Positions 18,364-28,772 are shown, counted from the first letter of the stretch. The stretch is DNA of 32,000 bases from Candidatus Nitrosopumilus koreensis AR1 (GCF_000299365.1 NC_018655.1:600001-632000); one strand, 5' to 3'. Notes: generated by a model not told the origin, from the sequence alone. Numbers and translations are program-made.

Positions 18364-18463
18364 GAGTCTGTTATATGCCCTCTAAATTTTAAAATTACTA
18401 CAAAATACGTGATTTTGAGTTTGTGAAAATAATCTTACCAAAACAAAAAAGATTCCTTACCCT

Positions 18464-19381
18464 TTGTCGGTTATACAAATCCCTAAAGTTACTCACATGA
18501 CCCAAGACGATATCGAGATAATCGGTAAAAACGTCAAAGACATGTACGGAACATTCATGGGCAAAGTCGCAGGAACTATAACTGACATCGATGGTAGTAT
18601 TCAATCCGTCGGCATTGACTGCGGTTCTCAAGGATTACAGCAAATCCAATATGAGCAACTAGTAGTTCAAGGTGATGTTGTTATATTCATTCCAAAATGG
18701 AGACTCGACTCTCAAAGACTCATTAGAGAAAAACAACTAACTCTACGTCGTCTAAAGGCCTTGATTGACATTGTTTCAGAAAATGATGACATGAAAGAAG
18801 ATGCTGAAATAATTCATGAAAAATACAAGTCAAAACTTGTATCATTAGATGAAACAGAAAGTAAAATCAAAGCCAAACTTGAGGCAAGACTGACTGAGTT
18901 AGATGAACAAATGAAGTCTGCAAAAATGTTATTGTTTGATGCAAAAGTACAATTCAAGAGTAATGAAATCTCTGAAACAACATTTGAAACTGTGAAATCA
19001 TGCACAAATGAGGTAATTGAGCATGTGACTCACGAAACAGCAGAAATTACAAATGTTAAGAGCAGAATTTCAGACTTGGGATTGGAAGTGCAAGAGATAA
19101 CATCTCCTCCAAAACCAGACATCCAAGAATCAGCCGTTTCATATCTGGAGACAAATGAGCAACAATCACAACAAGTTGTTCAAACAAGTCTTCCGGAAGC
19201 ACCAACAGAACCCGTTACAACACCTTCAGAACACGTTGAAGTTGAGGCAACCCCTATACCTGAACCTCCAACAGAATCTGAAGTAACATTTGCATTTCCA
19301 GAACCACCCCAACAGGTGACAGCAGAAACTCCAAAAGACGACAACGATAATGATTGGCTTGCTAGAATGGAAGCACAATAA
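18464..19381 (+). CDS. cdvA: Archaeal cell division protein CdvA (PRC-barrel-like N-domain, coiled coil, Pro-rich C-tail)
   Basis: DMYGTFMGKVAGTITDIDGSIQSVGI...VVIFIPKWRLDSQRLIREKQLTLRRLKAL...LEARLTELDEQMKSAKMLLFDAKVQFKSNEISETTFE. Start uncertain (TTG 18464 or ATG 18497). Confidence 0.85.
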   Translation: MSVIQIPKVTHMTQDDIEIIGKNVKDMYGTFMGKVAGTITDIDGSIQSVGIDCGSQGLQQIQYEQLVVQGDVVIFIPKWRLDSQRLIREKQLTLRRLKALIDIVSENDDMKEDAEIIHEKYKSKLVSLDETESKIKAKLEARLTELDEQMKSAKMLLFDAKVQFKSNEISETTFETVKSCTNEVIEHVTHETAEITNVKSRISDLGLEVQEITSPPKPDIQESAVSYLETNEQQSQQVVQTSLPEAPTEPVTTPSEHVEVEATPIPEPPTESEVTFAFPEPPQQVTAETPKDDNDNDWLARMEAQ

Positions 19382-19435
19382 TTTTTTTAATTATTTTTTT
19401 AACATTTAGAAAGATCCTAGTCCATACATTTTCTA

Positions 19436-21352
19436 ATGTCTGATACCTATGATATTGGTCTTGGAAATCATGACGTTGAAACTAGAAAAAAGGCTTCTTC
19501 TAATTTTGTTTCTTTTTGGGATGAACAGGCAAAGAATCTGACCTGGTTTTCTCCTTGGAGTAAAACATTGGATTGGAACCCTCCTTTTGCAAAATGGTTT
19601 GTTGGAGGCACGATTAATGCCTCGTATAATGCTCTGGATGTACATCAGGAATCAAAATCTCAAAAACCTGCGATACTTTGGGAGGGAGAAAATGGGGATT
19701 CTAGGATTCTTACATACAGTGAGCTGTTATCTCAGGTTCAAAAATTTGCAAATGTACTCAAATCTTTAGGGGTGCAAAAAGGCGATCGTGTAACTCTGTA
19801 TCTTCCAATGATTCCTGAATTACCTATCGCAATGTTAGCTTGTGCTAGAATTGGGGCGCCTCACACTGTTATCTTTTCAGGATTTAGTGCAACTTCTATT
19901 AGGGACAGAGTCGATGATTCAAAATCCAAAATTATAATCACTGCAGATGGGGGATATAGACGTGGAAAAATTGTGCCTCTCAAAGAAGTAGTTGATGAGG
20001 CAATACAAGATTTTGATTTTGTGAAAAATGTTGTAGTTGTACAAAGAACAAAAAATGAAATTTTGATGACACCTAAAGACAAACTGTGGAATGAATTGAT
20101 GGATGATGCATCAGAAAGTTGTATTCCTGAAAAGCTAGACAGCACACATCCTCTTTACATTTTGTATACTTCGGGAACCACTGGAAAACCAAAAGGTGTT
20201 TTGCATGGAACAGGCGGGTATCTTACTCATCTTTATTCCACTTTCAAGTGGGCATTTGACATTAAAGACTATGATGTGTTTTTTTGCACTGCTGACATTG
20301 GATGGGTTACAGGACACAGTTATGTTGTTTATGCACCGTTATTGCATGGTGCAACTGAAATTATGTATGAAGGTGCACCTGATTTTCCAGATGCATCTAG
20401 GATGTGGGATATCTTGCAAAAATACAAAGCAACTATCTTTTACACAACACCTACCGCACTCAGAATGTTTATGAAATTTGGAGATGATATTCCAAATTCA
20501 TTTGATCTTTCTTCTCTGAGATTACTTGGAACAGTGGGCGAGCCAATTAATCCTGAAGTTTGGAAATGGTACTTCAAAACTATTGGTAAAGAAAAATGTC
20601 CAATCATTGATACTTGGTGGCAGACTGAAACTGGCGGGATGTTGATTTCTCCTTTGCCTGGGCTGGAGACTATTCCTCTAAAGCCTGGTTCTGGAACTCT
20701 TCCTATTCCAGGTGTGAATATCTCTGTTGTAGATGAAAATGGCAAAGATGTTGCCTCTAACACAAAGGGCTATCTTGTAGTCAAAAATCCGTGGCCTGGA
20801 ATGCTTTTGACATTGTGGGGTAATGATGAAAAATACAAAACTGTGTACTGGTCAAAATATGAAAATTGTTACTATCCTGGTGATTATGCACTAAAGGATT
20901 CTGATGGATATCTCTGGTTGCTTGGACGAGCTGATGATGTGCTCAAAGTAGCGGGTCATAGAATTGGCACTGCAGAACTTGAAAGTTGTATTGTGTCTCA
21001 TGAGGATGTTGCAGAATCTGCTGTATGCGGTATTCCTGATGAGGTTAAAGGTGAAGTAATAATTGCATTTGTTGTACTTAAACAAAATGTCACTACCGAT
21101 AGAAAAATTTTAGAAAAAAAATTGATAGAAAAAATCAGAGCTGATATTGGTGCAATTGCAACCCCTAAGCAAATCTATTTTGTAACCAAATTGCCAAAGA
21201 CGCGTAGTGGAAAAATTATGAGACGGCTGTTAAAAGCAATTGGAAATAATGAAAAGATTGGTGATATCAGCACATTGGAAGACGGTGCTGCTGTGACTGA
21301 AGTACAAACTGCTTTTGATGAGATTCAAAAAACAATTCAAGAATCAAAATAA
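19436..21352 (+). CDS. acs: AMP-forming acetyl-/acyl-CoA synthetase
   Basis: [57 protein letters not shown]; TTG start. Confidence 0.92.
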   Translation: MSDTYDIGLGNHDVETRKKASSNFVSFWDEQAKNLTWFSPWSKTLDWNPPFAKWFVGGTINASYNALDVHQESKSQKPAILWEGENGDSRILTYSELLSQVQKFANVLKSLGVQKGDRVTLYLPMIPELPIAMLACARIGAPHTVIFSGFSATSIRDRVDDSKSKIIITADGGYRRGKIVPLKEVVDEAIQDFDFVKNVVVVQRTKNEILMTPKDKLWNELMDDASESCIPEKLDSTHPLYILYTSGTTGKPKGVLHGTGGYLTHLYSTFKWAFDIKDYDVFFCTADIGWVTGHSYVVYAPLLHGATEIMYEGAPDFPDASRMWDILQKYKATIFYTTPTALRMFMKFGDDIPNSFDLSSLRLLGTVGEPINPEVWKWYFKTIGKEKCPIIDTWWQTETGGMLISPLPGLETIPLKPGSGTLPIPGVNISVVDENGKDVASNTKGYLVVKNPWPGMLLTLWGNDEKYKTVYWSKYENCYYPGDYALKDSDGYLWLLGRADDVLKVAGHRIGTAELESCIVSHEDVAESAVCGIPDEVKGEVIIAFVVLKQNVTTDRKILEKKLIEKIRADIGAIATPKQIYFVTKLPKTRSGKIMRRLLKAIGNNEKIGDISTLEDGAAVTEVQTAFDEIQKTIQESK

Positions 21353-21355
21353 CTG

Positions 21356-21880
21356 TTAAAGTTTTTTCAAATTAACAGTAGATAGAATTTCAAACATCTC
21401 TTTTAATCCATCATACTCTGATTTTGATTCTTCATCTAACCTGTTGTATTCTTTTTCTTTAATCTCGTCTAGTTTGTCATTTGCATCTTTGAAAAATTTC
21501 TCATACTCTACAATGTTTTCATCTGTCATTTGTGTCAGATCAAAAATCACTGTATTGCTGCCAAGGAGATTCTTGTTTTCATCATATAAGCTGGTTGCCT
21601 GTAACAGTCCTGGAAATGTGCTGCCATCTTGTCTCTTGAATGTAATTTTTCTATCTGTGACTGTTCCTGTCTCAAACCATGTTCTTAGAGAATTATTCAT
21701 TGCCTCCCACTCTTCTTTAGGTACGTGCTCAAAGATTGTTTTACCTAAAACCTCTGATTTTGCGTAACCCAGATTTGCAGCATACGTTGAGTTACAGTCC
21801 AATATTACACCAATAGAGTTGATTCTTCTCCACATAACTGGTGCGTCTTTGAGAACCTTTCTTGCTTCTGTTTGAGGCAT
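21356..21880 (-). CDS. PAS-domain protein, no output domain visible
   Basis: PAS fold pattern VILDCNSTYAANLGYAKSEVLGKTIFEHV...TFKRQDGSTFPGLLQATSLYDENKNLLGSNTVIFDLT. Confidence 0.85.
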   Translation of the reverse strand: MPQTEARKVLKDAPVMWRRINSIGVILDCNSTYAANLGYAKSEVLGKTIFEHVPKEEWEAMNNSLRTWFETGTVTDRKITFKRQDGSTFPGLLQATSLYDENKNLLGSNTVIFDLTQMTDENIVEYEKFFKDANDKLDEIKEKEYNRLDEESKSEYDGLKEMFEILSTVNLKKL

Positions 21881-21921
21881 TTTTTAAAATTGTATTCACT
21901 AGTTATTAAACTGAAATCTTG

Positions 21922-22944
21922 TTAAAACCACTGATCTAGATTTTGGCTTTTTCTCTCTAGTGCTTTTTTTAATCTGTTTAATGTTGAACTAACTCTGTCT
22001 TCAGAAAAACTACGTTCCTTTACAAGGTAGTCTGTTATGCCTTTGTAATCTACATCTTTGAAAATAATTTCTTTTACATCTGCAACTTCGGGATTCAAAA
22101 ATATTTTTCTGATTTGCTGAAAATCAATTTCTTGTAATTGCTCTTGAATTTGTGGTATGTCTTCCAATCTCGAATGTTGTTTGATCATCTTGAGTGCAGT
22201 CTTTGGGCCTATTCTTTCAAAACCATTTGGATTAAAATCAGTTCCAATTAGAATTCCAACATCGATGAGTTCTTCTCGTGTTAGTTCCAATGAATCCAAT
22301 GTTTTTTGTGTTTCAATAATTTCTGGAACAATATCGATGTATGTGTTTTTGTTTGGTATTTTTCGTCTTCCACTATTTGTAAAATTTCTAACTAGTCTTT
22401 TTGCACCACACAAAATTGAATCAAAATCCTGACTTGCAGATGCATATGCTTGTCCTGTGTTTGTTAGATGTGCTGCAGTAGCTTCTCCCTCAGATGGGGC
22501 TTCAATGTATGGTATGCCAAAACAGGCTAAGAGATGTTTTGATTCTTTGACCATGCCATCCTTCATGCTTGTTGTTTGCTGAGCATATTTTCTTGCATCT
22601 TCCATGTTTCCATCTGCAATGGCTTTTTCGTATTTTATTGTGGCATCCATTTTGATTTGTTTTCTACGCTCAATTTCTGCAGTTTTTAGAGATGGTGGCT
22701 TTCCATCAAAGACATACACTGGTTTTATTCCTAATGATAGAAAATTTACATTTCTATAAAGCAGTCCACTAAGGTGACTGGTTATTCTGCCTTCTGCATC
22801 TGATAATTGTAATCCGTCTGGGCCTCTGATACTTGCTAAGAATTGGTAAATTGCATTGTATGCATCAATTGCAATCACTTTATTTGAAAATGACTCTAAT
22901 GTTGTTTTTTCTCTGACCACCAAATCTTTTAGATTTAATCCCAT
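21922..22944 (-). CDS. fen: Flap endonuclease 1 (FEN1/XPG family)
   Basis: [82 protein letters not shown]-like tail. Confidence 0.96.
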   Translation of the reverse strand: MGLNLKDLVVREKTTLESFSNKVIAIDAYNAIYQFLASIRGPDGLQLSDAEGRITSHLSGLLYRNVNFLSLGIKPVYVFDGKPPSLKTAEIERRKQIKMDATIKYEKAIADGNMEDARKYAQQTTSMKDGMVKESKHLLACFGIPYIEAPSEGEATAAHLTNTGQAYASASQDFDSILCGAKRLVRNFTNSGRRKIPNKNTYIDIVPEIIETQKTLDSLELTREELIDVGILIGTDFNPNGFERIGPKTALKMIKQHSRLEDIPQIQEQLQEIDFQQIRKIFLNPEVADVKEIIFKDVDYKGITDYLVKERSFSEDRVSSTLNRLKKALERKSQNLDQWF

Positions 22945-23045
22945 GAATTTTGTTGAGATTTTGTGCTATTTTGTGTTTATCCTTTTTTGTTGATCGGTAT
23001 TTTTGGTAAAATCGATTTTAATATTGATGTCTTTTCTAATTTATT

Positions 23046-23309
23046 ATGGTAAAACTAGTACTTCCTCCTCATCTCCAAGACAAAATATTTGAAATAAAGT
23101 ACGTTGATGATGGCGTCTCAAAGATAACCTCGTATTTTCCTTTAACTTCATCTGAAAAACAAGAGATTATATCAATTATGAATATGGATTTTTCTGGATT
23201 TCATTCTATTTTTACTGACACTGTTTCTGAGGAAGAATGGAATCAAACTAAAGAACAAATCAAAAAAAGATTCAACGATGAACTTTTTGACATTGATAAA
23301 AAACTCTAG
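23046..23309 (+). CDS. Small hypothetical protein (87 aa)
   Basis: Intact ORF, no recognised domain. Confidence 0.6.
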   Translation: MVKLVLPPHLQDKIFEIKYVDDGVSKITSYFPLTSSEKQEIISIMNMDFSGFHSIFTDTVSEEEWNQTKEQIKKRFNDELFDIDKKL

Positions 23310-23349
23310 TTCTGATTTGCTTTATTATGGAGAAAATCTGAGATCTTTT

Positions 23350-23431
23350 GCCGGGATAGCCAAGTGGTAAGGCGGCCGTCTCGAAAACGGCTACGCGCAA
23401 GCGTGCAGGGGTTCGAATCCCTTTCCCGGCG
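23350..23431 (+). tRNA. tRNA-Ser (anticodon CGA), class II with long variable arm
   Basis: Acceptor GCCGGGA/TCCCGGC, anticodon arm GCCGT-CTCGAAA-ACGGC, variable arm CTACGCGCAAGCGTGC, T arm AGGGG-TTCGAAT-CCCTT; discriminator G; no encoded CCA. Confidence 0.96.
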
Positions 23432-23469
23432 TGTTCATAATTATTAAGACCCATCAAGAGATAATCCAT

Positions 23470-23655
23470 ATGGTCAAAGGAATTGAATCAAAAATTCAGC
23501 AATCAGAAATTTCAACTGCAGAACTAATTCTGCATTTCCGTGAAAAATGTAAAATCTGCGGTCATCATAGAATCATGCATGATGCAGAAGGAAAATGTGA
23601 GGGTGTAATGAACAAACCATGTACTTCTGGTTGTGACAAATTTGAAGCAGAATAA
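23470..23655 (+). CDS. Small Cys/His-rich protein (likely Zn-binding)
   Basis: MVKGIESKIQQ...CKICGHHRIMHDAEGKCEGVMNKPCTSGCDKF; the track start at 23431 overlaps the tRNA, internal ATG 23470 preferred. Confidence 0.7.
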   Translation: MVKGIESKIQQSEISTAELILHFREKCKICGHHRIMHDAEGKCEGVMNKPCTSGCDKFEAE

Positions 23656-23678
23656 CTTCAAATTCTTTAATACTAATT

Positions 23679-24341
23679 TTGTTTACTTGTTTTGTGCCAC
23701 CAGACATCAAAGAAGAAAAAACATATCCTTTGGGTTATGAACCAGAAATTGTTCCAGAATCATCTGATCCTAATGTGAGAAATCAATTAATTGATTTTAT
23801 TTTAAAATCCGGTCCTACTGAGGTTGTTGATACTGACTTGTTTGCTGTAATGGCAAAGAGGCGTTCTACAAGAAAATTTTTGGACAAACCAGTTGAGACA
23901 ACAAAAATTGATAAAATTATTGCAGCAGCTGATACTGCCCCTACTGCAGGCAACTATCAAGGATTTGAAATTTTTTACGTAAAAGGTCCTGAGAAGAAAA
24001 AACAATTAGTTGAAGCATGTAATAATCAACCTTATGTTGATGCCCCTGTAGTTTTGGTTTTTTGCAAGAACCCTTCTAGGGTAAAATTTGATTTTCCTGA
24101 ATATGTTCTAAAGAAATTTGCCATTCAAGATGCAACGTTGGCTGCTGGATATTCACAATTAGCTGCGCAAGCTTTAGGGTTGAGTTCTATTTGGATTGGC
24201 ATGTTTGATGAACAAAAAGTAATGGATGTTATTGGCACTGACTTGGTACCATCATCTGTATTGTGTATCGGGTATCCAAAACAAACTAAATTTCCAAAAC
24301 CCAGACGAAATCTCAAAGACTTGGTTCATGTTGCATGGTAA
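23679..24341 (+). CDS. Nitroreductase-family protein
   Basis: AKRRSTRKFLDKPVE, ADTAPTAGNYQGFEIF, GLSSIWIGMF. Start may be GTG 23694. Confidence 0.88.
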   Translation: MFTCFVPPDIKEEKTYPLGYEPEIVPESSDPNVRNQLIDFILKSGPTEVVDTDLFAVMAKRRSTRKFLDKPVETTKIDKIIAAADTAPTAGNYQGFEIFYVKGPEKKKQLVEACNNQPYVDAPVVLVFCKNPSRVKFDFPEYVLKKFAIQDATLAAGYSQLAAQALGLSSIWIGMFDEQKVMDVIGTDLVPSSVLCIGYPKQTKFPKPRRNLKDLVHVAW

Positions 24342-24393
24342 GCTGTCCCTAAAATCATCCATCTTTAAATAATCAAAAATATTTGTTAGATTC

Positions 24394-24627
24394 ATGACTG
24401 ATGCCTATGTTATGTTAAATTGTGAGTTGGGTGCAGAGGCTGAAATTATTGAAAAACTCAAAGAGATTGAACAAGTCGTAGATGTCTTTGAAACTATTGG
24501 AACTCATGATATGCTAGTTAGATTGCAGGCAGAAAATTTTGAGAAGATCCGAGAGATTGTTTCATGGAATATCCAAAAATTGGATAAGGTTCGATCTACT
24601 GCCACACTCATAAAAAAGGATAATTAA
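24394..24627 (+). CDS. Stand-alone Lrp/AsnC ligand-binding (RAM) domain protein
   Basis: TDAYVMLNCELGAEAEIIEKLKEIEQVVDVFETIGTHDMLVRLQAEN; no HTH. Confidence 0.85.
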   Translation: MTDAYVMLNCELGAEAEIIEKLKEIEQVVDVFETIGTHDMLVRLQAENFEKIREIVSWNIQKLDKVRSTATLIKKDN

Positions 24628-24647
24628 GATTAATTTTATCTTAATTT

Positions 24648-24824
24648 ATGCCTGATGAAAAAAATGAGATAGACAAACTCATTGATAATATGATTTCCAG
24701 TGGTGATGAATTAGTAGATAATCTAAAAACAGTCTTGCCAAATTCTCTTGCAGAATCAATGGTGATGTTTCATGAATCAAATGTCAAAAACCTGAAAAAA
24801 ATTAAAGAGTTTCTCAACAAATAG
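24648..24824 (+). CDS. Small helical protein (58 aa)
   Basis: Not in ORF track. Reads MPDEKNEIDKLIDNMISSGDELVDNLKTVLPNSLAESMVMFHESNVKNLKKIKEFLNK*. Confidence 0.5.
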   Translation: MPDEKNEIDKLIDNMISSGDELVDNLKTVLPNSLAESMVMFHESNVKNLKKIKEFLNK

Positions 24825-24871
24825 CCTTAAACATAATCATATCATTACTACTATATCCTTTTTAATTATTA

Positions 24872-25264
24872 ATGGAATCTGAAGACGTGTCAAGATCTAG
24901 AACTCTTAGCATAACAGTGAAGAAAAAAACCGGTGATGCATTTGATACAATCTTGCAAATTCCACCTAAAATGATGCCTGATGCAAAAATTAATGATAAC
25001 GGATGGTGGTCCTTCACTGGCCCTCGTGGACAATCAAAACTAAAATTCAGTGAAAACAAATCCCTTGGAATTTTAGATCATAAATTTGTCGACAAAGAAG
25101 CAGTATGGGATGTTCCTATGAGGATTGTCTCTAGTGGTGATTTCTCTGAAATTTTGATTACTCTTAACAAACCCGATGAATTGACTGATGAGCAATTCAA
25201 CCAAAGAGTAGATGAGGTAGGGGAAATGTTTGACCGTATGAAACAAATCATCGAGTCTTCCTAA
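24872..25264 (+). CDS. Conserved hypothetical protein (130 aa)
   Basis: Intact ORF. Confidence 0.7.
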   Translation: MESEDVSRSRTLSITVKKKTGDAFDTILQIPPKMMPDAKINDNGWWSFTGPRGQSKLKFSENKSLGILDHKFVDKEAVWDVPMRIVSSGDFSEILITLNKPDELTDEQFNQRVDEVGEMFDRMKQIIESS

Positions 25265-25332
25265 CTGAGCCCAGAAAGTACAAATCATCCCTTAAGCTTA
25301 AATGTAAATTTGGTAATTCTATATTGATAAAA

Positions 25333-25419
25333 ATGCCATATGAAGAAGTCTATTTTCAAAGATTGGAAGAAGATAATCCTGAAGACTATGAGAAGGTAAA
25401 ATCTAAAAAAAATTCTTAA
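25333..25419 (+). CDS. Possible 28-aa microprotein, convergent with the next gene
   Basis: MPYEEVYFQRLEEDNPEDYEKVKSKKNS*; ATG start but short. Confidence 0.25.
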   Translation: MPYEEVYFQRLEEDNPEDYEKVKSKKNS

Positions 25420-25757
25420 TCCTGTTTTCCGTCTGAATCTTTATTCTGTGTGTTTCCTGGCCCAACAATGTCTTCTGGTTTTACTTTGCTGTCCCAGTCT
25501 CCTCTTACACCTTTGATCAAAGCAATCCCTCCTGATACAAGTAATCCCATCACTAATGCAAAGAACACTGTTTGGTCCATTATCTTAAATGAACAATTGA
25601 TTTCCTGTGGTGGTTTATCTTCAAAATATTCGTAACACGTACCAAATTCATTTGATTCAAAGGTTGCAGCTTGGTACTGACTTCCCATTACTCCCAAAAC
25701 AAGAAATCCTGCAAAAGTAAGGCCTATTCCAATGAGAATAAAGCGCATATCGCTCAT
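25416..25757 (-). CDS. Small membrane protein with two predicted TM segments
   Basis: FILIGIGLTFAGFLVLGVMG and VFFALVMGLLVSGGIALI, two Cys between. Confidence 0.7.
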   Translation of the reverse strand: MSDMRFILIGIGLTFAGFLVLGVMGSQYQAATFESNEFGTCYEYFEDKPPQEINCSFKIMDQTVFFALVMGLLVSGGIALIKGVRGDWDSKVKPEDIVGPGNTQNKDSDGKQD

Positions 25758-25810
25758 GATTTTTTTTACTGTTCACAGTATTTACATTTTAACCTGAAAA
25801 TTCTCTAGTG

Positions 25811-26284
25811 TTATTTTTGTAATAATGATTTGAGATTTTCAAGTGATGCCTCATAAAATGATCCCATAAATGCGAGAAACTCTGTGAATTGTTTTTCAGA
25901 CATTTTTTTACTGTTGATATATGACTGCCATGTCAACTCTACAAGATTTTTTGACTTTGGTTTAATTGATATTGTTGCAACATACGCTCTTAATGGTAAT
26001 CCATCTGTTGCAACATATGTGAAATATTCTCCAGTTTTCCATGCAACTATGTGTTCTTCAATTTGATTCCCGTCTGCAAATGTGATTAATCTAACTGCTC
26101 CCACATCCTTTTTCTTTTTAGAAAGGTACACTGTTTTCTTTACATCTACTACCCATGTAGGGAGGCCCGCAATATTGCTAATTTTTCTCCAGACTTTGTC
26201 TTTTGATGCTTTAATCTTTATTGTTTTTTTACGGTGCCTGTGTGAAATGATTTTTTTGAAGTTTTTGCCATGTGACTCCTTCAA
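25811..26284 (-). CDS. SRPBCC/START-like ligand-binding protein
   Basis: IKASKDKVWRKISNIAGLPTWVVDVKKTVYLSKK...GAVRLITFADGNQIEEHIVAW. Confidence 0.75.
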   Translation of the reverse strand: MKESHGKNFKKIISHRHRKKTIKIKASKDKVWRKISNIAGLPTWVVDVKKTVYLSKKKKDVGAVRLITFADGNQIEEHIVAWKTGEYFTYVATDGLPLRAYVATISIKPKSKNLVELTWQSYINSKKMSEKQFTEFLAFMGSFYEASLENLKSLLQK

Positions 26285-26344
26285 ATATTGTGAGTTTTAA
26301 ATTTTGTACAACCATTTTTAATCCCCCTGAGTAAATATTATCAA

Positions 26345-27625
26345 ATGGTCTTTGGATGGGGAAAAAAGAAACAAGAAGAAAAACCCGTAGAGGAAATTCC
26401 TCAAACTAAGGAGGTTGCCTTGTCTGATGTGGGAGATATTGTGGCTGATTTGGAAAAATTAAGAGAATCACAAACTGTCTCTGAAGTAAAACGTCTCAGA
26501 AATAACACTGCCCCATTAATTGATGACTTGATCAAAGTTGGAAATATGCTTGAAAAAGATACTCTAAATGTTGATGATATTGATAAACATCTTGCAATAA
26601 TTGTAGTTCGAGGAAAAAAACAGGTGATCAACATGATAAAGAAGGGTGTTGTGTCTCTACCTGAAATCTCTTCTATTGATGATGCAAAAAAACTCGATAT
26701 GTCTTTGAACCAACTGCTCAAAAAAGTCGGTGATGTTTTAGGGCGTCAAACTAGGGTCATCCATATTTTTGCCAAAAAATATGCTGCTCAACTAAAAGAT
26801 AATCTTGAAGTGATGAATCAAAACCATTCTGATATACATAACATTCTTCAAAATTTTGAGAACACAAAATCCAATTCTGAAGAAATTTCCAATGCCTTGA
26901 AAAAAATTAACACTCTCAAATCTACTAAAATAGAAAAAATCCAAAAAATTACTGACACAAATAATGAATTGGAATCTGCAAAGGAGCGTCTAGCCTCTTT
27001 AGAAAAATCAATTGAAGAAATAAAATCATCTGATAATTACAAAAAATATGTTGAATCAAAAAACGCTCTTAAGTTATTTGAAAATGAAAAATCAAAAATC
27101 AAAGATGAAATCAACACCCAGTTTACAAAAATATCAAGACCGCTTGGACGATATGAGTATGCTTCCTCTTTAGACAAAGAACAAAAAACTATTTTGACAA
27201 AGTTATTGGAAAGTCCATTCGATGTCCTAATTCCTGAAAACCGGGACTCGATAATTGTAATTTTGGAAAATGTTCGAAAAGGCATTGTTTCAGATTCCAT
27301 ATCTGTAAAAGATGTTGATAAGACGCTGTCTCAAATTACTGAAATTGAAGAATCTCTGGATGGATTTATCTCTCAAGTTTCAGGATATTTTCAAAAACAT
27401 CAAAAAATGCAAGATGAATTAAATTTACTGCGCTCTGAAAAACTAATCTCTTTGGAAACAGAATTAGAAAAAGTGTCTGATTCTAAGGATGATCTAGAGC
27501 TAAAATCTGAAACATTTCAAGGCGAAGTTGATGAGATAGATTCTACTATTCCACAACTTGTGTCTGAAATAGAGAAAAAATTACGTTCATTTTCTAATAC
27601 AAAGTACACTGTTTTGATGTCTTAA
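26345..27625 (+). CDS. Long coiled-coil protein (426 aa)
   Basis: Extended heptad-rich region; N-terminal ~150 aa helical domain. Confidence 0.75.
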   Translation: MVFGWGKKKQEEKPVEEIPQTKEVALSDVGDIVADLEKLRESQTVSEVKRLRNNTAPLIDDLIKVGNMLEKDTLNVDDIDKHLAIIVVRGKKQVINMIKKGVVSLPEISSIDDAKKLDMSLNQLLKKVGDVLGRQTRVIHIFAKKYAAQLKDNLEVMNQNHSDIHNILQNFENTKSNSEEISNALKKINTLKSTKIEKIQKITDTNNELESAKERLASLEKSIEEIKSSDNYKKYVESKNALKLFENEKSKIKDEINTQFTKISRPLGRYEYASSLDKEQKTILTKLLESPFDVLIPENRDSIIVILENVRKGIVSDSISVKDVDKTLSQITEIEESLDGFISQVSGYFQKHQKMQDELNLLRSEKLISLETELEKVSDSKDDLELKSETFQGEVDEIDSTIPQLVSEIEKKLRSFSNTKYTVLMS

Positions 27626-27656
27626 AATTAAATTAGTTCAAAACTCCAGAGACATC

Positions 27657-28055
27657 ATGTTATTCAAAAAGAAGAAATTTGAACGTAAGGTGATACTTCA
27701 AAAAGATGTACTTGATAGCATTTTGTCTTACTGCCAAATGAAGCACCCTAATGAAGGAATTTTAATTCTAAAAGGAAAATCAAAAAACGGAGAAATTAAC
27801 ATTGATGGACTAGTAATTCCACCATTTAATTACACTGGACCTACTTTTGCAGGATTCCCGCATTCCTTCTTGCCATTTGATATGAGCTATGTTGGAATTG
27901 TTCACTCACATCCCAGCGGTTCTGCAGAACCATCTGTTACTGATTTACATAATTTCTTTGGACTAGTTTCAATAATTGTAAAATCTCCGTATTCTGATGA
28001 TTCTGTTTTTGCATGGGACAGTGGTGGTAATGCAATCCCAATTTCAATAAAATGA
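27657..28055 (+). CDS. JAB1/MPN (JAMM)-family metalloprotease-like protein
   Basis: EGILIL...GIVHSHPSGSAEPSVTDLHNF: upstream Glu plus HxHPxxxxxPSxxD. Confidence 0.88.
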   Translation: MLFKKKKFERKVILQKDVLDSILSYCQMKHPNEGILILKGKSKNGEINIDGLVIPPFNYTGPTFAGFPHSFLPFDMSYVGIVHSHPSGSAEPSVTDLHNFFGLVSIIVKSPYSDDSVFAWDSGGNAIPISIK

Positions 28056-28128
28056 TGTTTTGAAATTCAAATGAGGTGTCACAATACTGACAAAACTTTA
28101 TAAGGTTTTTGAAGGTACTTTCATTGAA

Positions 28129-28455
28129 TTGTTTAATTACAAGACTTATTTGATATTCTTATTTGCATCACTTGCAATCAGCATTGGATTGCAGATGGTC
28201 TTGCCATTTCCATATGGCTTGGGGGCTGCACTTGCAATATTTATCGCATTTCCACTAATCTTGAGAAGACGATACATGAACCGTATGAGAGGTTATGGTG
28301 GCAGTGATTCTGGCACTGGCGGTGGTGGATTCTTTGGAATGGGTTCACAAGGCGGTTCTGGTGGTGTTCGTTACGTTTGTCTTGTGTGTAACAACAAACA
28401 CAAAGGTGGATCTTGTCCACGATGTGGCTCCAAGATGCAACGTGCGGACTTTTAG
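28129..28455 (+). CDS. Membrane protein with C-terminal cytoplasmic zinc ribbon
   Basis: Two hydrophobic segments, Gly-rich linker, YVCLVCNNKHKGGSCPRCGSKMQ. Confidence 0.75.
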   Translation: MFNYKTYLIFLFASLAISIGLQMVLPFPYGLGAALAIFIAFPLILRRRYMNRMRGYGGSDSGTGGGGFFGMGSQGGSGGVRYVCLVCNNKHKGGSCPRCGSKMQRADF

Positions 28456-28460
28456 AAAAA

Positions 28461-28772
28461 ATGTCCCTTAATGAAATTTCTCAAAAAGTAATCTTTCATA
28501 ATTCTGTTGATGTCTGGATTTCTGCATGTAATGAAAAAAACAAAGATTGGACAAATCCTGAAGAATATAAAAAATTCATAGCGTATTTGCTAAAAAATAA
28601 TCTTAATCTCAAAGCTTTCAACCTTTGTACTCATGAAGCAGGTGCAACTGAAGAAGAGAAAACAAAATTCACTGAAATACTGGCACAAACAAAAGAAACT
28701 GATCCAAACTCCAAAACATATACCATTAAACTAAATGATTCTGCAATAGATGTTATCAGAAATTATTTCTGA
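28461..28772 (+). CDS. Small hypothetical protein (103 aa)
   Basis: MSLNEISQKVIFHNSVDVW...; the track start at 28413 overlaps the previous gene, ATG 28461 preferred. Confidence 0.65.
   Translation: MSLNEISQKVIFHNSVDVWISACNEKNKDWTNPEEYKKFIAYLLKNNLNLKAFNLCTHEAGATEEEKTKFTEILAQTKETDPNSKTYTIKLNDSAIDVIRNYF

Noticed and set aside
19861-21085. Minus-strand and alternate-frame ORFs inside the acyl-CoA synthetase gene
   Set aside because: Composition-driven antisense frames; no independent evidence.
23431-23469. Upstream TTG/ATG start of the 74-aa Cys/His ORF
   Set aside because: It would begin on the last nucleotide of tRNA-Ser; internal ATG at 23470 is more plausible.
28054-28098. Possible C/D box sRNA (atgatgt ... 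aatgagg ... ctga) after the JAMM gene
   Set aside because: C box is imperfect, there is no D' box, and the C-to-C' spacing is only about 12 nt; insufficient support.
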